Made by a program: the position numbers and the translations under genes. DNA of 64,000 nucleotides. Source: Candidatus Bathyarchaeota archaeon. GTDB taxonomy: Archaea; Thermoproteota; Bathyarchaeia; 40CM-2-53-6. Below are positions 39,174 through 47,006 of this stretch, one piece after another; the first letter of the stretch is position 1; every line of letters starts with the position of its first letter. The DNA is taken from contig CAVWAQ010000001.1 of assembly GCA_963753065.1 (NCBI GenBank), forward strand, positions 195,736-259,735, read 5' to 3'. The notes beneath the pieces were generated by a model. That model was not told the DNA's origin. It saw only the letters and a list, made by a program, of their open reading frames with translations, and did not search any database.

Positions 39174-39245
39174 GAGAGAACCTTCAAAGTCAGGGCCGAG
39201 ACGTTTGATCCAACTTGTGACGAGTAAGTAGTACCGGGTAACAAG

Positions 39246-40286
39246 ATGAGCGAGCGCTTGGCTGCAACATTTCGCAAGACTGGCGAGTCCGGAATCGCCG
39301 TGGTGATAGGGCTTGTTGCAGGAGCTTTCCTCATGCTGGTTTTCGGCTATAACCCTATCCGAGCATACCTAGCCCTGTTTCTCGGCGCTTTTGGAAGCAT
39401 TTCAGGCATCTTGGAAACTCTTGCGTTCGCGACCCCTCTCATGGTGACCGCTGTCACCTTCGCGGTCGGAGTGAGAGCTTCTCTCTTCAACATAGGAGCA
39501 GAGGGACAAATGTATCTTGGGGCAATCGGGGCTGTAATCGTTGGCGGTACATTGACACTACCGGCAGGGCTGCATCCGATAGCTGCGACAATCTTCGCCA
39601 TGTGTCTTGGAGCTCTATGGGCTTTGCCAGCAGCCATTCTCAAGATTTGGAGAGGAGTTCACGAGGTTGTGTCCACAATCATGCTGAATTATATCGCTTT
39701 CTGGTTGGTGACTTGGCTGGTGACCTACCAATTCGGGGAACCCGGAAGAGCAGAAAGAGCAACACCAGCACTACCGACAGCACGTTACCCCGTAATTGGG
39801 GAAACATTGACTTCCGTGATTTTTGTGGTTGTAATCTTCTGCATCGCGGTCGCCGTGCTTCTTTGGCGGACTGGAATAGGTTTTGAGCTTAGACTCGTAG
39901 GAGACAACCCTGAAGCAGCGAAGTACGCAGGGGCAAGCAGGAGCCGAGCCATCCTTGTGAGCTTTCTGGTTGGCGGCATGGCCGCTGGCCTAGCAGGTGC
40001 AAGTCAGGTTGTCGGACGGCCTCCATCTTGGACTCTCTATGCAACTCTCGGTAATCTTGTGAATCTGGGCTTCGACGGCATTGGCGTGGCCTTAATTGGA
40101 AGAAACCACCCTGTCGGCGGAATCTTTGCGGCAATATTCTACGGGGGGCTCCAGCACGGTGGCAGGTACATGGAGTATAATGCAGGGGTCCCATCGGAAT
40201 TAGTCAGCGCAATTAACGGAGTAATCGTGATGACCCTCGCGATACCCGAGATAGTCACGATCATAAGGAGACATCGCGAGTCTTGA
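39246..40286 (+). CDS. ABC transporter permease (BMP/ribose-type)
   Basis: Polytopic protein. FNIGAEGQMYLGA and LVGDNPEAAKYAG are typical of this permease family. Confidence 0.85.
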   Translation: MSERLAATFRKTGESGIAVVIGLVAGAFLMLVFGYNPIRAYLALFLGAFGSISGILETLAFATPLMVTAVTFAVGVRASLFNIGAEGQMYLGAIGAVIVGGTLTLPAGLHPIAATIFAMCLGALWALPAAILKIWRGVHEVVSTIMLNYIAFWLVTWLVTYQFGEPGRAERATPALPTARYPVIGETLTSVIFVVVIFCIAVAVLLWRTGIGFELRLVGDNPEAAKYAGASRSRAILVSFLVGGMAAGLAGASQVVGRPPSWTLYATLGNLVNLGFDGIGVALIGRNHPVGGIFAAIFYGGLQHGGRYMEYNAGVPSELVSAINGVIVMTLAIPEIVTIIRRHRES

Positions 40287-41269
40287 TGGCATCTCGGAGA
40301 ATTCAAGTGTACCTTGTCGGAATCGCGTTGACTTTGACTTTGCTCTACGTGGTTTCCCTGGCCGGATTCAGCGTTCTTAGCTTGATCGAGACGGGGCTGT
40401 TGGCTATGACGCCTCTAGCGTTGGCTGCGGTGGGCGAGTGTCTCAACGAGCAAGCGGGCACTATCAACGTGGGGATGGAAGGCATTTTTCTGATCACTGC
40501 TATCCTAGGCGTCTATTGGGCGGAGGTATTCAGGAGTGGGCTTTATGGCATCTTGCTTGGTTCCGCGACTGGCGCCTTGATAAGTCTTGTATTTGCACTG
40601 ATGTCTGTCTACGGCAAGGCAAACCAGGTCATAGCCGGAATGGGACTAAACATACTGGCCCTCGGGCTGGGTCCATTCTTGCTAATGGCGATCTGGTCAT
40701 TTCCTGGCATCCATGTGTTCCCCCACGGGTTGGTCCTTCAGTCAATACAGCTGGGTGTGGGAAACGCGCATTTGGCCATCAGTCCCGTGACGATCGCTGC
40801 GATATTGATTGCCATTCTTGCGTATCTGCTCCTAAACAGAACCCTGTTAGGAATCAGAATAAGGGCTGCAGGTGAGAACCCCATAGCAGTCGATGTAGCT
40901 GGAGTCAGCGTCGGTCGCATCAGGATACTGATGTGTGTTCTGGGTGGGGCGCTTGCGGGGTTGGGAGGAGCCTTCATGTCACTGGGTTGGTTCGGTGTTG
41001 TGGTTAAGGAGATCTCCGCGGGAAGAGGTTTCATAGCCCTGGCAGCTGTGGTCTTCGCAGGTTTAGACCCCCTGCTGGCGCTGGCCGGCTCATTCATATT
41101 CGGTTTCTCAGAGGGTGTTGCCTTCACTGTTGCAATCTCTCCAAGCGTAAGGCAAGTCGTCTATTTTGTGCATATGATCCCATACGTTGTCACGTTGCTG
41201 ATCCTCGCCGCTGCAATTGGCGGAAAGAAGTTCCCACGCGCGCTGGGCAAACCATATGTGAGAGAGTAG
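40283..41269 (+). CDS. ABC transporter permease (second subunit)
   Basis: Polytopic protein with INVGMEGIFL and RAAGENPIAVDVAG. It overlaps the preceding stop. Confidence 0.85.
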   Translation: MMASRRIQVYLVGIALTLTLLYVVSLAGFSVLSLIETGLLAMTPLALAAVGECLNEQAGTINVGMEGIFLITAILGVYWAEVFRSGLYGILLGSATGALISLVFALMSVYGKANQVIAGMGLNILALGLGPFLLMAIWSFPGIHVFPHGLVLQSIQLGVGNAHLAISPVTIAAILIAILAYLLLNRTLLGIRIRAAGENPIAVDVAGVSVGRIRILMCVLGGALAGLGGAFMSLGWFGVVVKEISAGRGFIALAAVVFAGLDPLLALAGSFIFGFSEGVAFTVAISPSVRQVVYFVHMIPYVVTLLILAAAIGGKKFPRALGKPYVRE

Positions 41270-41330
41270 TCGAATCGACCAACTACCAGACTGCAGTTGA
41301 AGCCGACGCCCGAGTATGCTGACGCACTGA

Positions 41331-43616
41331 TCAAGAGAGCGAGTATACGGTTCTCTTCTCTATCGTCCGCTTCTTGCCCTCAGGCCACATCCCAAGAGGG
41401 ATGTACGTAGCCGATGATCGCCCGTAATGCGTGACATTATCTGATGCGCATGAATTGCAGGTCGTGAGCAGTCCCTTCATGACTCGATTACAGTTCTTGC
41501 AGAACGAGTACACTCCCGAGTACGCAATGAACCGGAGACCATTAGCAGCCGCTTCGCGCGTCAGGGACAGTAGTGTATCCGCAGTCACCTTGGAGTCCAC
41601 AGTAATCAAGGTCAAATGGCCGCCGGGGGTTAGGGTCTGCAGCATTCCTTCTATCGAGAGTCTTTCACCGAATGGGATCTTTGAAGTCAGAGGCACACCC
41701 GGTAGGTCGGTATAGAACGGGTAGTTTCTGCCGCCTTGGGCGGAGACAGTGCTCTTGCCGTAGTGCTCCACGTCAAGCTCGGCTAGTCTTGATGTGGCAT
41801 CATCTCCAGGCCTTTCCGATAGCACAACGCGCATTCCGAGGTTCTCAGAGGCGGCCTCGGTTTGTTTCTTCAGCTCCTGGAGGACCTTCTCAGCGAAAGC
41901 TAGCGAGTCCTTCTTCAACTCGCTTCCAGTGTGTGCGAGGCAAGCCTCATTCAGTCCGAGAATCGCCACCGCATAGGTAGCCGTCTTCTCACGAAGGTAT
42001 GGTGTGCCTTGCCCGGATCCAAGCAGCAACGGGAGTGTGGCTTGTTTCAGCCTATCGACCATGAATCTCCGCTTGATCTTGAAAGCTTCGAGCGTCAGGG
42101 CAAGTATGTCGGTCATTGACTTGAACAGCCTATCATCGTCTCTCCGCGCCTCATAGGCAAGTCGTGGCAGGTTGAGAAAGATCGTTGCCATACAACCTGT
42201 CCTATAGCAATCTGCCTCCCATTGCTTCCCCCAATCATCTGTAAGCCTCAGCCCCGTGGCCGTGTAACAGTCTCGCGAATTGTCTGGAAGTAACGCCATG
42301 TATGGTAGCATCCGAGATGCAGCAAGCTCATGAGTCTTGAGAACGCGAGATCGAATCTCCTCCTTTCCTTCGGCTGAGTCCCGAATCTTGAAGATCAGCC
42401 TCGGACTCACCAACGGATTGATCAATGCCTCTTGCGAGGTCACTTCGAGCAGGGCATCAAGAACCATGCCTGCTTCTTTATGATAATCAGCATAGACGCC
42501 CACAGTTCGACCTTCTGGTCCTATCGCCTCGACGTTCTCTAGGAACTCAGGTACTGCATATTCGAGGCCAAGAGATAGTCCGGGTTGAGGGGCGCCTAAT
42601 GGCAGGTCCTGTCCTACGGATGAAAGAAAGAGTGCCACTGATTCTTTGACCGAGTCTTCTGGTGTGTGCTCGACGTAGGGCGATAGGAAGACGTTGAATA
42701 GGTCGAAGCATTGTTCCCCTGATATCTCGGCGATTCCGAGACGGTAGACGTTCTGAATCATTGCCAAAGCTGCGTTGAAGCTTTGCGGCGGTCTGAGACC
42801 GACAAGTCCGTTCTTCAGGAAGTATCGGAGATCATGTTGTATCTCGCTTGGTTTTAGCGGCCAACTCTCAAGGTCGGATATGTGGATCTGGCCCGAGATG
42901 TGTGCGTCCGCTATCTCGCGCGGCAAGCACTCCAGAAGCACGTACTCCCCTAAGACAGAAGCTCCGGCGGTTCTCTGAACGTAGTCGGTTGCCAGTCCGA
43001 GTTCGCCCGTGGAGCGGAGAAGCTGGGTTACATCGTACACCGGCATCCCGACGCGTGTCAGTTTGTGTCTGTACTCTTCGAGTTTCTTCTCGATCAGGAT
43101 GGCGTTCACGAATTCCCGGATCAGAGCCGCGGTCAAGTAAGAAGTCCTGAGCTTAATCAGACGATCTTCCGCTTCTGCTGCTATCTCATCTGCAAGCTCC
43201 TGAGGGACTCCAGCTTCAACAACCAGCGACTTGGATATCTTGCTTCTGTGGAAGTCCTCTATCGCGAGCCGTGAGGTTCTGACGAATAGTCTACCGCGCT
43301 TCACACTGACATATTCTTCGAGGTCTCGTGCGAAATGCACTACCATCTCGCCTAGTTCGGTTATCTCATACTTCTTCGTACGCTTGTCCGAACTGATCAA
43401 ACCAGCTTCGGCAAGGCTTCGGAGGTGGTACACGAACTTTCCAGCGTCACGTACAGGATCCAACTTCAGAGATGACATGATCTCTGTGTACGGCAACGCG
43501 CCTTTCGTAGAGAGAAGGCGAAGTACTTGCATACGCAGCGGAGCGGACGCTGCATCGAACACGGCGGCTCCTAGCTTCTCAACGGAACGGAGCATGACGC
43601 AGACAGTGTGCACCAA
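41331..43616 (-). CDS. wHTH + ATP-cone + class III ribonucleotide reductase (NrdD)-like protein with substituted radical residues
   Basis: N-terminal ArsR-like wHTH, then an ATP-cone-like segment, then the NrdD body (HISGQIHISDLE, ATIFLNLPRLA, FYTDLPG, CKNC..CNSC). The expected MGCR reads TGLR and RxxGY reads RSSATY. The start may be ATG 43595. Confidence 0.7.
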   Translation of the reverse strand: MVHTVCVMLRSVEKLGAAVFDAASAPLRMQVLRLLSTKGALPYTEIMSSLKLDPVRDAGKFVYHLRSLAEAGLISSDKRTKKYEITELGEMVVHFARDLEEYVSVKRGRLFVRTSRLAIEDFHRSKISKSLVVEAGVPQELADEIAAEAEDRLIKLRTSYLTAALIREFVNAILIEKKLEEYRHKLTRVGMPVYDVTQLLRSTGELGLATDYVQRTAGASVLGEYVLLECLPREIADAHISGQIHISDLESWPLKPSEIQHDLRYFLKNGLVGLRPPQSFNAALAMIQNVYRLGIAEISGEQCFDLFNVFLSPYVEHTPEDSVKESVALFLSSVGQDLPLGAPQPGLSLGLEYAVPEFLENVEAIGPEGRTVGVYADYHKEAGMVLDALLEVTSQEALINPLVSPRLIFKIRDSAEGKEEIRSRVLKTHELAASRMLPYMALLPDNSRDCYTATGLRLTDDWGKQWEADCYRTGCMATIFLNLPRLAYEARRDDDRLFKSMTDILALTLEAFKIKRRFMVDRLKQATLPLLLGSGQGTPYLREKTATYAVAILGLNEACLAHTGSELKKDSLAFAEKVLQELKKQTEAASENLGMRVVLSERPGDDATSRLAELDVEHYGKSTVSAQGGRNYPFYTDLPGVPLTSKIPFGERLSIEGMLQTLTPGGHLTLITVDSKVTADTLLSLTREAAANGLRFIAYSGVYSFCKNCNRVMKGLLTTCNSCASDNVTHYGRSSATYIPLGMWPEGKKRTIEKRTVYSLS

Positions 43617-43619
43617 TAG

Positions 43620-43628
43620 TTTAAAAAA
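43620..43628 (-). promoter_or_regulatory. TATA-box-like element upstream of the NrdD-like gene (shared divergent intergenic region)
   Basis: TTTTTTAAA on the minus strand lies about 30 nt upstream of ATG 43595, consistent with a leaderless or short-leader archaeal promoter. Confidence 0.35.
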
Positions 43629-43786
43629 CTGTAGTAATCAGCCGGGGCGTTCTCGCAGTCATCGAAGATCGTAGGGAAATACTTGGGACCTGATGATTGC
43701 GGACATTATCTTGTCTCGTCGAAGCCTACAGGAGCCCAGCGAGTGCCTTTATGTCGTGGATTTCGACGGGTATGAGGTGTGGAAGA

Positions 43787-44620
43787 ATGAGCGAGAGACT
43801 AGTTTCCGCTGTCCAACCTGAATCTGTTGAAGGGGTCCAATACCATGTCTCAGCGAAGCGAGGGCAAATAGGTCGCTACGTCTTTTTGCCTGGTGACCCG
43901 GATCGTGTGCCGAAGATAGCCAAGTTCTGGGATTCTGCCCACGAAGTGTCTTCGCACAGAGAGTACAGAATATGGTCTGGAATGATTGACGGAACGATGG
44001 TGTCTGCGTGCTCTACCGGTATCGGTTGCCCAGCTGCAGCCATCGCAGTTGAGGAGCTAAGTAGGATTGGCGCAAACACATTCATTCGAGTCGGTTCGTG
44101 CGGCTCGTTAGTGCCAGACCTCGATTGCGGAGACCTTGCCATTTCCACGGCTGCTGTTCGTCTCGACGGTACCAGCAAGCAGTACGTCACGGCTGAGTAT
44201 CCCGCTGCAGCGAGCTACGATGTCGTCCTCGCCCTGATTGAAGCTGCCGAGAAACTGGGAAAGAAGTATCGCACAGGGTACACCGCGTCGACTGACAGCT
44301 TCTATGTTGGCCAAGGCCGTCACGGCGTTGAAGGTTATCTGCCTCCAGACGCCGAGAAACTCGTTGAGAGACTTCAACAACAGCACGTAATCACAATGGA
44401 AATGGAAGCTTCCACAATCTTCACGCTCACAGGAATCTATGGATTCCGCAGTGGCTGCGTGCTTGCAGTGTACGCTAACAGGGCCACTAACAAATTCGAA
44501 GTCAGAGGGGAAGAGGACGCATGCAAAGTTGCTGTGGAAGCTGTTCGTATCCTGATCAAATGGGACTCGGATCGGCAGAGAGCCGGGAGAAGACACTGGT
44601 CACCAGGTCTCAGCTACTGA
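43787..44620 (+). CDS. nucleoside phosphorylase (PNP/UDP family, uridine phosphorylase-like)
   Basis: YVFLPGDPDRV, STGIGCPAAAIAVEEL, RVGSCGSL and EMEAS motifs. The start was taken at MSERLV. Confidence 0.8.
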   Translation: MSERLVSAVQPESVEGVQYHVSAKRGQIGRYVFLPGDPDRVPKIAKFWDSAHEVSSHREYRIWSGMIDGTMVSACSTGIGCPAAAIAVEELSRIGANTFIRVGSCGSLVPDLDCGDLAISTAAVRLDGTSKQYVTAEYPAAASYDVVLALIEAAEKLGKKYRTGYTASTDSFYVGQGRHGVEGYLPPDAEKLVERLQQQHVITMEMEASTIFTLTGIYGFRSGCVLAVYANRATNKFEVRGEEDACKVAVEAVRILIKWDSDRQRAGRRHWSPGLSY

Positions 44621-44644
44621 TGTGCGACTCGCTTTGACGACGTT

Positions 44645-45308
44645 CTATTCTCTCCGGTACGAGTCCGGCCATATGATCTGTCTCAACTGGTAGAGGCTCC
44701 TGAGCCTGTAATCTGGTTCAACCTTGAGCTCGGACTGTGCCGCAACCGGTTGTAGCACAAGAGCGGTTTGTGCGCCTGCTGCTCGACCCGCTTCGACATC
44801 GTACCTGCTGTCTCCAACGTAGATGCTTTCCTTCGGGGCTACTCCGAGCTTCTTGATTGCGGTCGTGACGAGCGCTGGGTCTGGCTTGCCTTGTTCAACT
44901 TCGTTGATTCCAACTATTGCGTCGAGCAGCGCGTCCATTCCGAAATACTTGACTATCTTCATTATTCTGTCGGTTCGTGTTCGATGAGGCGACTGCTGAC
45001 CTCACTCCCCGGACTTTCATGATTCGGAGCATCCCCAAGGCTCCGTATCGTGGTTTCACCTCTAGGCGCCATGTATTCTCAAAGAGCTGACCCTTCAGCT
45101 CGACAAGTTTCCCGTATGGTCTGCTCGCCATGGTTTGAGATTAGTTGTCTGGCGATATCAACAGTCCTCAAACCAAGCCTGTCGATCACTTCTTGGTCCC
45201 GAAATTCCAAACCAAGCGTCTTTAGCGCGCCTCGCCACGATTGCAGGTGAACCCAATTCGAATCGATCAATGTTCCATCAAGGTCAAAAATGACGGCTTT
45301 GATGACAT
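44645..45308 (-). pseudogene. HAD-superfamily hydrolase (phosphatase) disrupted by several frameshifts
   Basis: HAD motif I (VIFDLDGTL) follows a stop with the ATG one nt out of frame. The middle part (EVKPRYGA...VRSAVASSN) and the C-terminal part (GKPDP...YVGDSRYDVEAG) lie in three different frames. Confidence 0.7.
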
Positions 45309-45445
45309 GTCATCCTGCTCACGTCACACACGCTTCCGTATGGCTCTAGAGGGCACGACGCAAGCCAATGGGATATCGTCATATCTCAGTAGAGCATCGA
45401 GCGAGCAAAGAACTTAAAGACTCATTTGCTCGCTTTCGCCGTGGT

Positions 45446-45614
45446 GCTCCGGTGGTGTAGCCCGGTTAGCGCTGAGGCCGAGAGCATAGCGGCCTTATCC
45501 GTTGGCGAGTCAGCGGAGGCCACTCGAGCCGTTGATCGCGGGAGATCGTTCGCAGACGGTCCGCGAATTCGAAAACGAGGAGGCCCCTCGTCGCGAGTCC
45601 CGCCCGGAGCACCA
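45446..45614 (+). tRNA. tRNA-Glu(UUC) gene interrupted by four short introns; CCA encoded
   Basis: Acceptor stem GCTCCGG/CCGGAGC, then A, then CCA. Removing 45469-45482, 45497-45523, 45543-45567 and 45574-45597 gives a 76-nt cloverleaf. It has a GTGT D-arm with GG, anticodon arm GCGGC-CTTTCGA-GCCGT and T arm GCGGG-TTCGAAT-CCCGC. Confidence 0.65.
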
Positions 45615-45659
45615 ACAAACCTCAAAGCGACCGGCAGTCAAACAGCCTGCAGAACGGAG

Positions 45660-46343
45660 ATGGGGTCAGTGAGACTTGAGGAACTGGACCTGACAGAGTG
45701 CATTAAGATCGAGGATCCAGATGCGCTCATCATAGTCGATATGCAGAACGATTTCATGCCATCCGGTGCTCTTGCTGTCAGGGGCGGGAACGAGATAGTT
45801 GCTCCCACAAATCGTCTTGCCGAAGTGTTCCATTCTAAGGACAGGCTCGTTGTTATGACGCAGGATTGGCATCCTCCGAACCATCTTTCGTTCGCCAGCA
45901 CCCACGGCATGAAACCATACGCTCTTTACGAGTCCAATGGGATAGGCCCGGTCCTGTGGCCCGATCACTGTATTCAGGGAACGAGAGGAGCGGATTTCCA
46001 TCCCCAAATTCAAGCCAGACTGGCAAAAGCCATTATCCGGAAGGGATACCATGTGGCGGTGGACAGCTACTCAACATTCATTGAGAATGACAAGAAAACG
46101 CACACTGGTCTCTCAGGATATCTGAATGCGCTTGGAAAGAAGCGTATCTTCCTGTGTGGACTTGCGTTGGACTACTGTGTCTATCACTCAGCCGTGGATG
46201 GCCGGGATTTGGGGTTCGACGTAGTTGTACCCATAGACCTCACAAAAGCTATCGACTCGCCGCCAGGTCGATTGTCTGACACGTTGGAAATCATGGCCGA
46301 GAGACAAGTCGAATTCGTCAGGTCGACTGGCATCGTGACTTGA
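45660..46343 (+). CDS. pncA: nicotinamidase / pyrazinamidase (isochorismatase family)
   Basis: ALIIVDMQNDFMPSGALAV, TQDWHPPNH and the FLCGLALDYCV catalytic Cys. The upstream part of the 305-aa ORF overlaps the tRNA and is not coding. Confidence 0.85.
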   Translation: MGSVRLEELDLTECIKIEDPDALIIVDMQNDFMPSGALAVRGGNEIVAPTNRLAEVFHSKDRLVVMTQDWHPPNHLSFASTHGMKPYALYESNGIGPVLWPDHCIQGTRGADFHPQIQARLAKAIIRKGYHVAVDSYSTFIENDKKTHTGLSGYLNALGKKRIFLCGLALDYCVYHSAVDGRDLGFDVVVPIDLTKAIDSPPGRLSDTLEIMAERQVEFVRSTGIVT

Positions 46344-46456
46344 GACTCGTTGGATATCGTGCGAGTGAGTTGTTTCAAGCATTGTGCCAATGCTTCGAGC
46401 ATGTCGGCGTTAGAGAGCGTCAGGTTTCCGTGTGTGCGTGCGCTGCCCGAGGAACC

Positions 46457-46466
46457 AATAAATAAG
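46457..46466 (+). promoter_or_regulatory. TATA-box-like element for the eL42 operon
   Basis: AATAAATAAG lies about 35-40 nt upstream of ATG 46499. Confidence 0.3.
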
Positions 46467-46498
46467 ACGCGGGGTTGGGTTAGGGCCGCGTGACTTCC

Positions 46499-46777
46499 AT
46501 GAAGTTTCCGAAGGCGATTTCAACCTATTGTCCGAAATGCAAGAGTCACACAGAGCATGGCGTATCGGTCTACAAGAAGGGCAAAGAGCGTACGCTCTCA
46601 GCTGGTGCTAGGCGTCACGAGCGAGAGAAACACGGCTATGGCGGTCAGAAGTGGCCTGAACTGAAACGGACAGCCAAGACTACGAAGAAGCAAGTACTCC
46701 GCCTCACATGCAGGAAATGCAACCAAACAGTCTTCAGACTCGGGATACGCCTTCGCAAACTCGAAGTCGGAGCGTGA
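46499..46777 (+). CDS. rpl44e: 50S ribosomal protein eL42 (L44e)
   Basis: MKFPKAISTYCPKCKSHTEH...GYGGQ..P....AKTTKK..LRLTC.KC. Confidence 0.9.
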   Translation: MKFPKAISTYCPKCKSHTEHGVSVYKKGKERTLSAGARRHEREKHGYGGQKWPELKRTAKTTKKQVLRLTCRKCNQTVFRLGIRLRKLEVGA

Positions 46778-46785
46778 AATCGAGC

Positions 46786-46980
46786 ATGGTCAGGAAAGAA
46801 CCTATTCCTAAGCCCCGCAGCAACTTTCTCAAAGTGAAATGCACAAAATGCGGCAACGAGCAGGTGGTGTTTGACCGAGCTGCTGTGCAGGTGAAGTGCA
46901 ATGTGTGCGAAGACGTGCTCCTTGAGACACAAGGGGGAAAGGCGAAGATCAAAGGCGAGGTCACGCAAGTCCTCGGCTGA
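46786..46980 (+). CDS. rps27e: 30S ribosomal protein eS27
   Basis: SNFLKVKCTKCGNEQVVFDRAAVQVKCNVCEDVL is the zinc-ribbon eS27 core. The start is ATG 46786, inside the longer ORF call. Confidence 0.9.
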   Translation: MVRKEPIPKPRSNFLKVKCTKCGNEQVVFDRAAVQVKCNVCEDVLLETQGGKAKIKGEVTQVLG

Positions 46981-47006
46981 CCTCTCCGCAGCAGGAGTCA
47001 AGTATC

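Noticed and set aside
43690-43760. A possible C/D box sRNA; CUGAUGA at 43690-43696 resembles a C box.
   Set aside because: No D box (CUGA) or C'/D' elements follow at an appropriate distance, and the first base is not a purine.
43697-43786. A 30-codon N-terminal extension of the nucleoside phosphorylase ORF.
   Set aside because: It starts at a non-ATG codon, has an odd Cys/Trp/Arg-rich composition, and family similarity starts after MSERLV (43787).
45474-45532. A simpler tRNA fold with anticodon arm GAGGC-CACTCGA-GCCGT (anticodon CUC) and a single 42-nt intron.
   Set aside because: It puts A at the invariant U33 position and leaves an A-G mismatch in the stem. The repeated GAGGCC does not give a valid bulge-helix-bulge motif. 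The GCGGC-CTT|TCGA-GCCGT solution has a perfect stem, U33 and BHB-consistent cut sites.
45426-45659. The N-terminal 78 codons of the 305-aa ORF that ends as PncA.
   Set aside because: PncA homology starts only at Met 45660 (ALIIVDMQNDF follows shortly after). The upstream part is Arg/Ala/Gly-rich with no match and coincides exactly with the tRNA-Glu locus, so it is a read-through artefact of ORF calling.
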